NCBI GenBank assembly: GCA_963729635.1
Contig: CAVSOP010000009.1
Coordinates: 136,070 to 200,069 of the forward strand
Direction: 5' to 3'
From: an uncultured archaeon
Lineage (GTDB): Archaea; Micrarchaeota; Micrarchaeia; Micrarchaeales; CABMGC01
DNA length: 64,000 bases
Made by a program: the position numbers and the translations under genes. Positions within the stretch are counted from its first letter, which is position 1, and every line of letters starts with the position of its first letter. Below, one piece after another: positions 1-9,893 of this stretch. Under the pieces are notes generated by a model. It saw only the letters and a program-made list of their open reading frames with translations. It searched no databases and had not been told where the DNA came from.

Positions 1-672
1 GTCCGCGAAGTCGATGTTGATCAGGCTAGGCTGGGTTATGGTCCAGACCAGTCCTCCGATCGCCTTGGCGAGGACGTCGTCCGCAACAGCGAACGCCTCG
101 TTCATAGGCAGGTTCGGCACCAGCTTCACCAGCCTGTTGTTGTCGACTATTATGACGCTGTCGGAGTACTTCTTGAGCTTCTGGATGCCCTCCATGGCCT
201 TTACCTTCCTGACCCTCTCCAGGTCGAAAGGAATCGTGACCATCGAGACGACGATCGCGCCCTGCTCCTTCGCTATCTGCGCTATGACAGGCAGGGAACC
301 CGTTCCGGTCCCTCCTCCCATTCCCGCGCACAGGAAGACCAGCTGGGCTCCCGAAAGCACTTCCTCGAGGAGGTGCCTGTCGACCTCGGCGGCCTTGGCC
401 CCAACTTCAGGGGTTCCTCCAGCTCCGAGTCCCCTGGTTATCGTCTTTCCGATGAGTATCTTCTTGATCCTGTCATCGATTATCTTGAAGTGCTGCACGT
501 CGGTGTTCACCGCAACCAATTCGGTTCCCTTAACGCCGACCTTCAGCAGCCTGTTGATCGTGTTATTTCCCGCGCCGCCCGCTCCTAGCGTGACAATCTT
601 TATCTGCGCGTCCATTTCCTGCCCGTTCTGTCCAGTTCCAACTCCCAAAATTTCGCTCTCGTAGTCAACCAT
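1..672 (-). CDS. ftsZ: Cell division protein FtsZ (5' part; runs off the window edge)
   Basis: Manual translation from ATG at 672 gives MVDYESEIL...KIVTLGAGGAGNNTINRL...AVNTD...GLGAGG...AGMGGGTGTG (tubulin signature)...INIDFAD. The listed ORF 14..664(+) is its antisense shadow. Confidence 0.95.
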   Translation of the reverse strand, partial: MVDYESEILGVGTGQNGQEMDAQIKIVTLGAGGAGNNTINRLLKVGVKGTELVAVNTDVQHFKIIDDRIKKILIGKTITRGLGAGGTPEVGAKAAEVDRHLLEEVLSGAQLVFLCAGMGGGTGTGSLPVIAQIAKEQGAIVVSMVTIPFDLERVRKVKAMEGIQKLKKYSDSVIIVDNNRLVKLVPNLPMNEAFAVADDVLAKAIGGLVWTITQPSLINIDFAD

Positions 673-1037
673 ACTATCTACCTGATCGCCAATAATGGCT
701 AACTCAAATAAGTTTAAATACCTTATGCCATTTTTTCGATAAACGGTCGTCCGACCCCGCACCTACCGATTTTGTTACCGAGATACAGACATTTTATCAC
801 AGTATAACCTATAGTAACGGCTGTCTGGCGCGCTTTTCGACGTCATTTCAGTTCGTTCCAAAAACGTGATATTTCCTGACTGCGAGACGTCGGAGGGTGG
901 AGAATCCAATGACCCGCAGATGGCCGCCTCGCGGGTCTGGTGAGGTAAGCTTGTTGGCCCCTGTCCTTTCCCTTGCAATCTCCTTGGCATTATGGCCGTC
1001 ACTTTCCGCGCCCTGAGCTGCCTCGGGCCCTAAGAAT

Positions 1038-1259
1038 TCAGAGATGCTTCTCGAATTCATCCCACGCTATGCCCAGATCCCTGAGCACATACCTGACCTG
1101 ATCAGGTCGCAACTCCTTCTCCTTGACAAGCGTCGTAGAGTTAAGGCTTCCTCTTACGATCTTGAGATGGCTGCCCCTTATGGATGTGAACTCGCAGCCG
1201 TAGAACTTTTTGAGCACTTTCAGGAAGTCGTCTACCTTTACTGGCCTATGCTTCGGCAT
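1038..1259 (-). CDS. hicA: HicA-family mRNA interferase toxin
   Basis: 73 aa basic protein with the HicA pattern: FLKVLKKFYG, IRGSH (catalytic His), ELRPDQVRYVLRDLGI. Confidence 0.8.
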   Translation of the reverse strand: MPKHRPVKVDDFLKVLKKFYGCEFTSIRGSHLKIVRGSLNSTTLVKEKELRPDQVRYVLRDLGIAWDEFEKHL

Positions 1260-1456
1260 ACAAGACCTTTTTTTGCTCGCTTTGCCGTTAACGAGGATTC
1301 AAGCAGGCCGCTAACCGCATTCTTAAGGTCTCCTTCCAGCTCAGTTATGCTCTTGGCGGCATCGGTTACGTGGAGTTCATCTATCCTGCCTATGAATCTC
1401 TTGCCGTCCCAGTATACCTTCGCCGCATATCCGTATATGTTCAGTTTTACTTTCAT
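1238..1456 (-). CDS. hicB: Short HicB-like antitoxin
   Basis: FIGRIDELHVTDAAKSITELEGDLKNAV resembles the HicB partial RNase H fold. It overlaps hicA. Confidence 0.6.
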   Translation of the reverse strand: MKVKLNIYGYAAKVYWDGKRFIGRIDELHVTDAAKSITELEGDLKNAVSGLLESSLTAKRAKKGLVCRSIGQ

Positions 1457-1592
1457 TCGCCCAACACTTGACACACTGTTTATGGGGCTGAACTATTATT
1501 AAAATCCTTTGCCCGCCTCTAAGAATGTCGCTTGTCTTCATTAATTTAACCGAAGGATGAACCGGTTTTGTCGTAGGTTAGCCAGAGGGATT

Positions 1593-3371
1593 TCAAGGTG
1601 CGTCCTCGACCTTGGTCTTCCTCTGCATCTTGAACATCTCGATGACCTCCTTCGTCGTGGTCGCCTCCTCCGGGGTCTTGTCCTCGCGGACGCCCTTGCT
1701 CACAATCCTCGGGAAACGGAGGGCGTAGCCCACTTCGACATCCCCTTCCTTCTGCCGGCCTGCGGTGTGCGTGGGCGACTTGGTTATCTCGTCGGCTCGA
1801 ACCGTTATGACGTATCTGGGTTCGACCCAGAAATCCGGCTCGATCACGGCGACGACCCTGGCCGGCTTCTTGGCCACCCTTATCTTCTCCAGGAGCTTCT
1901 TGAAAGCCGCCATCTCCTCCTCGGTGAAGCCCGTGCCTATCTTCGATATGGTCTCGAAGACGTCCTCCTTCTCGTTGTACACCCCCGCCAGGATCCCGCC
2001 GAAGCCGAACTCGGTGCGCGAGCCCTTGCCGGCGTAGAAGCCCAGGATGACCAGGTCGAGCGTGTCCGAGAGCTCGCCCTTGTAGCTCCTCTTCATCTTT
2101 ATCCAGCTGAACTTCCTCGCGCCCGCGATATAGGGCGCGTCGAGGTCCTTCGCTATGATTCCCTCGAGCCCGTCGGCGACAACCCTTTCGAAGTACTCCT
2201 CGATGTCCTTGGGCTTAGAGGTGACGATCCTGTCCGAGAAGCGTATCGTGCCGTTGCCCTTGACTATCTCCTCCAGCTTCTCCCTCCTCTCCGAGTAGGG
2301 CTTGGCGAGGTAGCTCTCCCCGTTGAAGTACAGCAGGTCGAACGAGAACAGGTGGAGCGGCAGGGAGAGGCTCTTCTCAGCCACGCCGTGCGTCCTCCTC
2401 CTCTGGATGGTCTCCTGGAAGGCGTGGAACTGGTCGGTCGCCTCGTCGTAGGCTATCGCCTCTCCCTCGAGTATGGCGTCCTTCGCGCTCACCTCGGCGA
2501 GCGCGGCCTTGACTATCTCGGGGAACATCTCAGTGAGCCGCTCGAGGCTCCTCGAGTAGATCTCGACCTTCCCCTTCTTCCTGTCGATGTGCACCTGCGC
2601 CCTGAGGCCGTCGTACTTGCTCTCCACCGCGCACCTGCCGCGCATCCTCTCCAATATGTCCTCTGCGGTGGGGAGCCGCTCGGCCAGCGCCGGACGTATG
2701 GGGTTGAACAGCTCGACCCTGAACTCCTCTATTCCCTTGGTGCCCTCCTTCGCGAGGACCTCGCCGACCCTGCCCAGGTCGCTGCAGATGTTGTACGCGG
2801 TCTCCAGTTTGGCCTTGAACTTCCTCTCGCCGGTCTCCATCTTGGATAGCGCCTCGAGCACGGTGGCGTCCCCTACGCCGAGACGCAGCTGGCCCATGGC
2901 GAACCGCACGACGTACTTCGCCTCCTGAGGGGTGCCGTCGCCTATCAGCGAGGCGAGCATCCTTATCTTGAGGTCCTTGCTGCCGGCGCCGGAGGTCACG
3001 GCTATCTTCTGCAGCATGGCGAAGACCTCGTTTATCTCGAGCTTCCTGCCGGCCATCCTGCCCTGCTTCTTCGACCCAGCCATCTGCTCGGCGGTCAGGC
3101 CGAGGTCTCCGGTCTTCCGAAAGCTCTCCTCTATCCTCTTCCTGTCGTTCCCGGTCGCGAGCGCGATGGCCTCCTCCACGAGCTTCTCCGCTATGCCTAT
3201 CTCGACTCCCATGAACGGGGGGGCGAGGATGCCCTGCGTCATATATATGATGTTCCTTATCTCGTTCTTCCGGGCCTTCTTGAGCATCTCGGTGAGGACG
3301 TCTATCATCTCGAGCCGGGACGATATGCCCTCAAGCCTGCCGTAGCATTCCGCGACCTCCCCGAAGAGCAT
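1593..3371 (-). CDS. lig: ATP-dependent DNA ligase
   Basis: ESKYDGLR adenylation motif, EGEAI, EGIIAK, WIKMK and LRFPR motifs. Likely start at MLFGEVAE. Confidence 0.97.
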   Translation of the reverse strand: MLFGEVAECYGRLEGISSRLEMIDVLTEMLKKARKNEIRNIIYMTQGILAPPFMGVEIGIAEKLVEEAIALATGNDRKRIEESFRKTGDLGLTAEQMAGSKKQGRMAGRKLEINEVFAMLQKIAVTSGAGSKDLKIRMLASLIGDGTPQEAKYVVRFAMGQLRLGVGDATVLEALSKMETGERKFKAKLETAYNICSDLGRVGEVLAKEGTKGIEEFRVELFNPIRPALAERLPTAEDILERMRGRCAVESKYDGLRAQVHIDRKKGKVEIYSRSLERLTEMFPEIVKAALAEVSAKDAILEGEAIAYDEATDQFHAFQETIQRRRTHGVAEKSLSLPLHLFSFDLLYFNGESYLAKPYSERREKLEEIVKGNGTIRFSDRIVTSKPKDIEEYFERVVADGLEGIIAKDLDAPYIAGARKFSWIKMKRSYKGELSDTLDLVILGFYAGKGSRTEFGFGGILAGVYNEKEDVFETISKIGTGFTEEEMAAFKKLLEKIRVAKKPARVVAVIEPDFWVEPRYVITVRADEITKSPTHTAGRQKEGDVEVGYALRFPRIVSKGVREDKTPEEATTTKEVIEMFKMQRKTKVEDAP

Positions 3372-3425
3372 CGAATCAAGTCTTCTTTCCAACTCAAGCT
3401 TATATACCATTCCCAGACGGGGGCG

Positions 3426-4007
3426 TCAGAGGGACAGGCGGACCAGCTCGATCCCGATGACGAGGAACCAGCAGGCCATAGACAGGCAGAAGGATCTCTC
3501 GACCAATCCGAAGACTGGCTTGAGCCGCGAAGTGGCGAGCCCGATTCCGGTAGCGATGGCCATAACCACGACAATCCAGCCAAGAATCGTGTCGACTGCC
3601 GTGCCCTTAAAGTACCCTGCCGCGAATGCTACGGACGCAAAGACAACTATCGCAAATACCACGTGGATGCGGCCGGTCGAAGTAGGCGGCCGTCCTTCCA
3701 AGTCGGTGGGGAATACGGAAATCAGGATGCGTGCGACGCCGGACGCGACGAGGAAACCGATGACGCTTGCCGGTTCCGGCCTGATGCCGCCCGCCGAGGA
3801 GATGGCTATGGCAAGGGCGAATGCGGCTATGGCCATGGCGACCAGCGCCGTGCCGTAGATGAACCGGTAGCGCCCGACGCCATAGTCGCTGACCGCATTC
3901 CTGACGGGGCCATACCCGGTCGGAAGCACATGTAGCAGTGAGATTAATCCAAGGTAGACCGCCGCACCCGCTACCGCGACTATGCCAAACACAATTGTAA
4001 TTAACAT
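3426..4007 (-). CDS. DUF998-like integral membrane protein
   Basis: Several TM helices; AVSDYGVG, VFPTD, GRIH and GLVER motifs. Confidence 0.7.
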   Translation of the reverse strand: MLITIVFGIVAVAGAAVYLGLISLLHVLPTGYGPVRNAVSDYGVGRYRFIYGTALVAMAIAAFALAIAISSAGGIRPEPASVIGFLVASGVARILISVFPTDLEGRPPTSTGRIHVVFAIVVFASVAFAAGYFKGTAVDTILGWIVVVMAIATGIGLATSRLKPVFGLVERSFCLSMACWFLVIGIELVRLSL

Positions 4008-4137
4008 TACGTCATCCTGTCCAAGCAGTCAACCACACAATGGAGAAGATAAATTTAAATCTTTTAAGTGCGGCCCAAAGCCAGGGTAAAGCGAAAAGAT
4101 AAATAGCCGCGCATTGAGTGTATGAAAGGGGATTGGC

Positions 4138-4710
4138 ATGGCGCAAACGGCCGAGAGCTTTCAGAAAATGCGGGTTTCAGAAATGCTGACTGAGCTGAGG
4201 AGAGGGCTGGGCGAATTCCGGGATTATGCCGGCGAGTTCTGCCCGAAGCTGGCCAGGCCGCCGGAGAGGCGCAAGGAAACGGTGTACCTGATCGACCACT
4301 GCGGCGACGTGGTCCGGCGCGCAAAGGATGCGCTCGCGGAGGGGTATACCGTGGAACTGCTGACCGGTCCTCAGCTCAAGGATAGGGAGACGAGGGAAGG
4401 GCTGGCGGACCTTGTCAGAAACTACGGCATCGGAAAGTTCCCTATTTACTCGTGCCCCTACGATTTCCGCGAGGATGCGACTCTCGTGAACGGCAACCTC
4501 GTGCGGACTGACCTGGACAGGGTCAGCACGAACCACCGCACGGTCACGGGGACAAGGCGAGCGGGCCCGCGGGATCTCGAGCAGTTCAATGCCCGCTTCG
4601 CGGCGTTGAAGGAGGGCGCGGCGTTGAAGGAGGGCATGGTGCTGATGCCGCCGGCGGAGCTGATGGCCACGCCCGACAGGATTAGGCTGATGCCCCTCCA
4701 AAACCCATAA
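4138..4710 (+). CDS. Hypothetical protein
   Basis: 190 aa ORF preceded by a GGGGA RBS-like sequence. Contains an 18-bp tandem duplication (AALKEG x2) near 4600-4635. Confidence 0.55.
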   Translation: MAQTAESFQKMRVSEMLTELRRGLGEFRDYAGEFCPKLARPPERRKETVYLIDHCGDVVRRAKDALAEGYTVELLTGPQLKDRETREGLADLVRNYGIGKFPIYSCPYDFREDATLVNGNLVRTDLDRVSTNHRTVTGTRRAGPRDLEQFNARFAALKEGAALKEGMVLMPPAELMATPDRIRLMPLQNP

Positions 4711-4746
4711 GAATGAAGGTGTGCAGTATTATTTCACGGTGGGGGC

Positions 4747-5259
4747 ATGGACGAGAATCGCATAAGAATGACTTCCGGGCAGGAAAGTACCATTAACGGG
4801 GTACGCAGGGCGCTGACGACCCGGCTGGAGGCCGCGCCGAAGCCCGTGCCGACCGTGAAGAACGACGTGAAGTCCGATTGTCGTTTCACCCCCAAAGGCA
4901 CGCTCGTCATAGATTTCACTGTCAGCGGGACAGGCCTCGCCCCGAGGGTACGCGAGGCCGACAGGCGTCATCGGTTCGTCAGGCTGGAGTTCGATATGCC
5001 GAGATGGGGCTGCACCGCGACGATCTGCCCCGCGGTGATACCGGGCCTTAAGCTGTCCAGTTCCGACGGGCGGAAGGACAACGATACTGAGAAAAGGCTG
5101 GGCGAGTGGGGCGACTGCGTAAGGAACGTCCTCCGCCAGTCGGACCTCAAGGAATTCGAGATAAACGTGGGCATGCTCCGCGACGCCTCCTTCCGCAAGA
5201 ACTGCCCGTTCCAAGCGAAGAGCCAGGAGGCGGCCAGGCAGCAAGTAGCTGCTAGATGA
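4747..5259 (+). CDS. Hypothetical protein
   Basis: 170 aa ORF in tandem with the previous gene, with a GGTGG RBS. Confidence 0.5.
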   Translation: MDENRIRMTSGQESTINGVRRALTTRLEAAPKPVPTVKNDVKSDCRFTPKGTLVIDFTVSGTGLAPRVREADRRHRFVRLEFDMPRWGCTATICPAVIPGLKLSSSDGRKDNDTEKRLGEWGDCVRNVLRQSDLKEFEINVGMLRDASFRKNCPFQAKSQEAARQQVAAR

Positions 5260-5289
5260 CAGTTCGAGCAGCAGGTCCTTCTTGTCCGT

Positions 5290-6330
5290 CTAGCGAATCA
5301 GCTGCTTCATGTCATTCATCACCATGCCCGTCGCGCCAAAATCACGCTTCAGCGCAGCGCTGGCTGCGGGATACATCTGCTTTGGAATTATGGTGTTGAT
5401 CGCGTAGCCTACAGCAGAACCGTTCTGGTTGCATATCTTGGAGACCGTGGGGCCCATCAGAGCGAGGCCTTCGCTCTTGATGTATTCAATCACTCCAGGC
5501 AGGCGGTCGGAGGTCACGTTGAACTTGACATCGTAGTATTTCCTTGCGACTGCTGCGCCTACGAGCTTGTCATCGATATCCTTGGCCTTCTTCCACAGCC
5601 ATTCATCTTCGTCGAGGCCCGGCCGGGCATAGAGCCCCGCCGAAGAAGTCATTATCTTGCACAGCACCCTTCCCCCCGCCCGCTTCAGCGAGTCGCCGCT
5701 CTGCAGGACGTCTACTATCGGGCCCTCCTCAAGGTACGCCTCCGTGGTGCCGCCCGAATAGATTATGCGCACCTCCTCGTTGTCGCCGCACCTGAAGCCC
5801 CGGACTTCGATGACCGGCGCCTTTCCAGAGTACAGAGCCACGTAGGAGCTGTCCCGCTGAATGAACTCCTGAGTCAGCCTCGGATACTCAGTATATATGT
5901 TGAGCGGTCCGCCTCCGCTTGGAGGGAAAAGTTCAGGCAGGGTCTTCGCCTGAGAATCGCCCTTGACCGCCATGACTATTGTGACCGTGCCGTACTCAAG
6001 GCCCGCCAGTTTCAGTGGCCCTTCCGAATCCCGCAGATTGGCGCCCAACGACCCTTCCCGGATGGCATCATCGCCGACGATTACGATGTCGAGCAGCGGT
6101 TTCTGAGACTTATCCCTGGGGCAGAGGTTGCTAAAGGCATTCTGCGCTTTGCAAAGGCAGGGCCTTATCTCGAGGTCGTTGCTTATGCTCAGGAGGTCGC
6201 TACGCTCCCTCTTTGGAGAATATCCGCTGACGATATATCCCGCGTTTCGGAGGAGTTCATATGTGTTGCCCCTTCCCTCGTCGTTGAGGCTGCCCCTTGG
6301 CAACCCGAATTTTATTTGTTTCAGAGTCAT
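5290..6330 (-). CDS. hisG: ATP phosphoribosyltransferase (long form, divergent)
   Basis: FGLPRGSL, YTEYPRLT, GTTEA, IVDVLQSGDSL (PRPP loop) and a C-terminal regulatory domain containing GPTVS. Confidence 0.8.
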   Translation of the reverse strand: MTLKQIKFGLPRGSLNDEGRGNTYELLRNAGYIVSGYSPKRERSDLLSISNDLEIRPCLCKAQNAFSNLCPRDKSQKPLLDIVIVGDDAIREGSLGANLRDSEGPLKLAGLEYGTVTIVMAVKGDSQAKTLPELFPPSGGGPLNIYTEYPRLTQEFIQRDSSYVALYSGKAPVIEVRGFRCGDNEEVRIIYSGGTTEAYLEEGPIVDVLQSGDSLKRAGGRVLCKIMTSSAGLYARPGLDEDEWLWKKAKDIDDKLVGAAVARKYYDVKFNVTSDRLPGVIEYIKSEGLALMGPTVSKICNQNGSAVGYAINTIIPKQMYPAASAALKRDFGATGMVMNDMKQLIR

Positions 6331-6410
6331 TCCCTCACCAATTTTCCATATCCCACTTTATTCCCACTCTGATATAAAAGCCTTTCGTCCAACTTATAAA
6401 ATTGCACAGG

Positions 6411-6800
6411 TCACTTCCACTGAGCCGAGAGCACTCTGGCGCCGGCCTTGGAAAGCGCTTCCTTCAGTTTGGAGACCGAGGTTCCCGAAGGGTTGCACTT
6501 GACCTCCCACACCGCCTCCTCGCCCCTCCTTGTCGAATGGGAATTAGTGGAGACCAGGTCCACTTTCAGTCTTGCAAGGACAGCGGCTGCAGCAGCGAGC
6601 GCACCCGGTTTGTCAGAAAGGGCTATCTTCAGGATGAGCAGTTTCTTCTCGTACGCGGGCTCGATCATGATTGCCCTGCCCTCGGGATCGAGCTCAAGGA
6701 GTATCTTCTCCCCTTCCTTCAGGTTGAGCGCGTCCCTCATGCCGCTCGGGATGAGCACCCTGCCTTTCCCGTCCAGGCTCGAGACCTCCTTCAATGACAT
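6411..6800 (-). CDS. AbrB/MazE/SpoVT DNA-binding domain fused to an ACT domain
   Basis: LDGKGRVLIPSGMRDALNL followed by DKPGALA...VDL. Confidence 0.8.
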   Translation of the reverse strand: MSLKEVSSLDGKGRVLIPSGMRDALNLKEGEKILLELDPEGRAIMIEPAYEKKLLILKIALSDKPGALAAAAAVLARLKVDLVSTNSHSTRRGEEAVWEVKCNPSGTSVSKLKEALSKAGARVLSAQWK

Positions 6801-6856
6801 GGTTATCAAACACACGCCATGTTAATAAAAGTGAGGTAGCGGTTGCGACTCCTTTC

Positions 6857-7516
6857 TCACCAGCTCTCGACCAGCCCTTCCAGCACGGTGTAGATGTCCT
6901 TCTGCCTGGCCTTGTCCCGGTCCGGCCTGTTGTAGATGCGCACGGACCTTATGCCCAGCCTCCTGGCTTCCCTGATGTTCTTGTAAGTGTCCTCGAGAAG
7001 CAGGAGGTCCTCGGGATTCCCTCCTGTCCTTCTGAGCAGTATTTTGTATGCCTTCTCGCACGGCTTTGCCGAGCTGCCGCAATCCAGGGTCTCGAAGCTT
7101 ATGATGTCCCTGCCGCCGATTATTCCGGCCAGGCCCAGGGCGCCCATTACCCTGTTCACCCAGATAAGCGGGCTGTTCGTGAACAGGATTATCCTCCGGG
7201 TCCTGCTGAGCCTCTGCATGAGCGACTCCAGCCTCCTGTCCCTCCTTATGCCGAGGGACCTAGGTTGGACGTCGTAGGCGTAGTTCGCGAACTCGAGGGC
7301 GTCGAGGCCGTACTTCTCCGACAGGGCGCTCACCGCGAAGTTTATCTTCAGGTCGTTTATGTGCTCCCTGGTGATCCTCGAAACGCACTTCTCGGGTATG
7401 CCGAACCTGGCCGCGTACGCGTAAAGCCTCTTCGCCATCTTCGTCCTGGCCGCTTCTTCGTTGCGCTTGCGGTAGAGCGTCCCGTCCATGTCCACTATCA
7501 GGTATTTCTCAGCCAC
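6857..7516 (-). CDS. HAD-superfamily hydrolase
   Basis: DMDGTLY (motif I), FTNS, AKP and LEDTYKN motifs. Confidence 0.85.
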   Translation of the reverse strand: MAEKYLIVDMDGTLYRKRNEEAARTKMAKRLYAYAARFGIPEKCVSRITREHINDLKINFAVSALSEKYGLDALEFANYAYDVQPRSLGIRRDRRLESLMQRLSRTRRIILFTNSPLIWVNRVMGALGLAGIIGGRDIISFETLDCGSSAKPCEKAYKILLRRTGGNPEDLLLLEDTYKNIREARRLGIRSVRIYNRPDRDKARQKDIYTVLEGLVESW

Positions 7517-7574
7517 GCTAGCACTCGCATCTCGTTTTTCCTTTCCCGGCCGCCTCAAGAAGGCGCATCGCGGG

Positions 7575-7590
7575 GCGGGCTTCCGCCCGC
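7575..7590. terminator. GC-rich hairpin between cutA and the HAD gene
   Basis: GCGGGC-TTCC-GCCCGC perfect 6-bp stem. Function not established. Confidence 0.3.
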
Positions 7591-7597
7591 TCGATAT

Positions 7598-7918
7598 CTA
7601 TCCTATTTGTCCCGAAATCCATTTAAGGTATTCCAGACTCCCCGCCGCGTAACGCACCGCGACGATCTCCGGAAGCTCGTAGGGATGGATCGCCTTGAGC
7701 TTCCTTTCCAGCTTCTTGTAGTGCGTCTTCTCAGTCTTGATCATGCAGAGCCACTCTCTTGACCGGACGATCTTTCCCTTCCACCGGTATGTGCTGCGCA
7801 CCGAAATGATTTGGACGCAAGCCGCCAGCCTCTCCCCGACCAGTGCAGTAGCAATCTTGTCTGCGTCGGTCCTCTTTCCTACCGTAGTGAATACTTGGAG
7901 GTACTCCATGCCTTTCAC
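7598..7918 (-). CDS. cutA: Divalent-cation tolerance protein CutA
   Basis: LVGERLAACVQI, STYRWKG and HPYELPEI motifs. Confidence 0.95.
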   Translation of the reverse strand: MKGMEYLQVFTTVGKRTDADKIATALVGERLAACVQIISVRSTYRWKGKIVRSREWLCMIKTEKTHYKKLERKLKAIHPYELPEIVAVRYAAGSLEYLKWISGQIG

Positions 7919-9162
7919 TTCAGTCTCAGGATCTTTCTTACCTTTCCGATTGCGGCGATCGCCCTGTCTATCTCCGCTTTCGTGTTGTACAGGTAGAAGC
8001 TCATCCTCGGCACGCCCTGCTGGTGGAGTATGTTCTTCACGAGAGGCATCGCGCAGTGGTGGCCCGAGCGGATGGCAATGCCCTCGCTGTCGAATATCGC
8101 GGCGACGTCATGCGCCGGCGCGCCCTCGATGTTGAAAGCGATTACGCCTGCCTTTCTGCGCACTTTGTCCGCGCCGGGCCCATACACCGTTACGCCTTTC
8201 TCGTCAGCGAGCCTTTTCAGCGCGTATCTCGTAAGTTCAATCTCGTGGTTCCTGACGTTCTTGAGTCCCGCCTTCTCCAGATAGCCGATCGCGGCGCCGA
8301 AGCCTATGGCCCCCTCGATGTTCTGCGTCCCGGCCTCGAACTTCCACGGCAGCTCGTTCCACGTCGACTCCTGGAAGCCCACCGTCCTTATCATGTCGCC
8401 GCCTCCGAGGAACGGCGGCATCCCCTCCAGAAGTTCTTCCTTGCCGTATAGAACTCCCACGCCTGAAGGGCCCTAGCATCTTGTGGCTTGAGAAAGCCAT
8501 GAAGTCGCAGCCGATTTCCTTTACGTCCACGCGCATGTGAGGCACGGACTGCGCCGCGTCGAGAAGGACTACCGCGCCCGCCTTGTGCGCGAGCCGGGTC
8601 ATCTCCTTCGCGTCGTTTATCGTCCCGAGAACGTTGGAGACGTGGGTGAAAGATACCAGTTTCGGGCGCAACTTGAGCTTCTCCTTGTAATCGTCCATGT
8701 CGACGAATTTCTCGTCCTCCAGCCCGACGTAGTCGAGCTTCACGCCCTTCCTCTTCGCGAGCATCTGCCACGGCACTATGTTGCTGTGGTGCTCCATCTC
8801 GGTTATGAGGACGCGGTCGCCCCTGCGCAGGTTCTCCTCGGCCCAGGTCCTCGCCACGAGGTTTATCGCCTCGGTGGTGTTCCGCAGATAGACGATGCTC
8901 CTGTAGGAGTCGGCGTTTATCAGCCCGGCTGCGAGCCGTCTTCGAGTCAGCGTATGCCGCCGTCGCGTCCTCGGCGATCTTGTAGATGCCCCTGTGTATG
9001 TTGGCGTTGTAGTTCTCGTAGTAGCCGGTCACGGCGTCTATGACCTGCCTGGGTTTCTGGGAGGTGGCGGCGTTGTCAAGGTAGGCCAGCCTCTTGCCGT
9101 TAACCCATTTCTCCAAGTATCGGGAAATCCTTCCTTATCCTGTTGACGTCCAATCCAGGCAT
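7915..9162 (-). CDS. sufS: SufS cysteine desulfurase, split by three +1 frameshifts (near 9116, 8938, 8470) that are probably sequencing errors
   Basis: The pieces join to give MPGLDVNRIRKDFPIL / YLDNAATSQKP / EMEHHSN / DAAQSVPH / FSSHKMLGP / RSGHHCA. Confidence 0.9.
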
Positions 9163-9170
9163 GTGACCAC

Positions 9171-9893
9171 TCAAACCTCGTATCCCTTCCTCTCTATCTC
9201 ATCAGCGAGCCTGCCTCCGCCCTCCTTGACGATCCTGCCGTCCACCATCACGTGGACGTAGCGCGGTTTCATGTATTTCAGTATCCTTGCATAGTGCGTT
9301 ATCAGCAGCATTCCCGCCTTCGTCTCCTTCTGGAACTCCGTTATGTTCCTGGCGACAGTCTTCACCGCGTCGACGTCGAGTCCGGAGTCGGGCTCGTCGA
9401 GTATGACCATCCTGGGCCTGAGCAGCCTCATCTGGAGTATCTCCATCTTCTTCTTCTCCCCGCCGGAGAGGCCGTAGTTGAGCGACCTGCCGACTATCTC
9501 CTCCTTGACGTGCAGCTTCTTCGCCGTGCTGCCTATCTCCTCCATGAAGTCCTTGAAGGAGCTGCTCACAGCGAGCGAAGACCTCGCGCTGTTGAGGAAG
9601 TTGACGACGCCGAGCCCCTCTATCTCGACCGGGTTCTGGAACTCGAGGAAGAGGCCGAGCTTCGCCCGCCTGTCGGTGGACAGGCCGAGTATGCTCTTGC
9701 CGTCAACGCGTATGTCCCCCTCCGTGACCTTCGTCCTCGGATGGCCCATTATCGCCTTCGAGAGGGTCGTCTTCCCGGAGCCGTTGGGGCCCATGAGCAC
9801 GTGGAACTCGCCCGGGCCTATCGAGAGGCTCATTCCCTTTATGACCTCCTTGCCGTCGATGGCGACGTGCAGGTCCCTTATCTCAAGCTTCAT
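9171..9893 (-). CDS. sufC: Fe-S assembly ATPase SufC
   Basis: GPNGSGKT, LSGGEKKKMEILQ, LDEPDSGLDVDA and ITHY motifs. Confidence 0.95.
   Translation of the reverse strand: MKLEIRDLHVAIDGKEVIKGMSLSIGPGEFHVLMGPNGSGKTTLSKAIMGHPRTKVTEGDIRVDGKSILGLSTDRRAKLGLFLEFQNPVEIEGLGVVNFLNSARSSLAVSSSFKDFMEEIGSTAKKLHVKEEIVGRSLNYGLSGGEKKKMEILQMRLLRPRMVILDEPDSGLDVDAVKTVARNITEFQKETKAGMLLITHYARILKYMKPRYVHVMVDGRIVKEGGGRLADEIERKGYEV

Noticed and set aside
775-1037. Structured RNA (RNase P/SRP) or small gene upstream of ftsZ; hairpin GACCCGC...GCGGGTC near 911-937
   Set aside because: No diagnostic RNase P or SRP consensus could be matched, and the short ORFs have no recognisable motif. An Infernal/Rfam search would be needed.
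1557-2849. Long antisense and alternate-frame ORFs (e.g. 14..664+, 1557..2849+, 10499..11836-, 22873..24156-, 55352..56428-)
   Set aside because: These are shadows of well-supported genes, produced by high GC3 codon bias.
7915-9162. Programmed frameshifting or true pseudogenisation of sufS (also the RM gene, thrC and the surface proteins)
   Set aside because: The sufS breaks are single-base insertions at short G/C runs, and similar breaks are scattered through many unrelated genes. Long-read consensus error is the simpler explanation; read polishing would decide.
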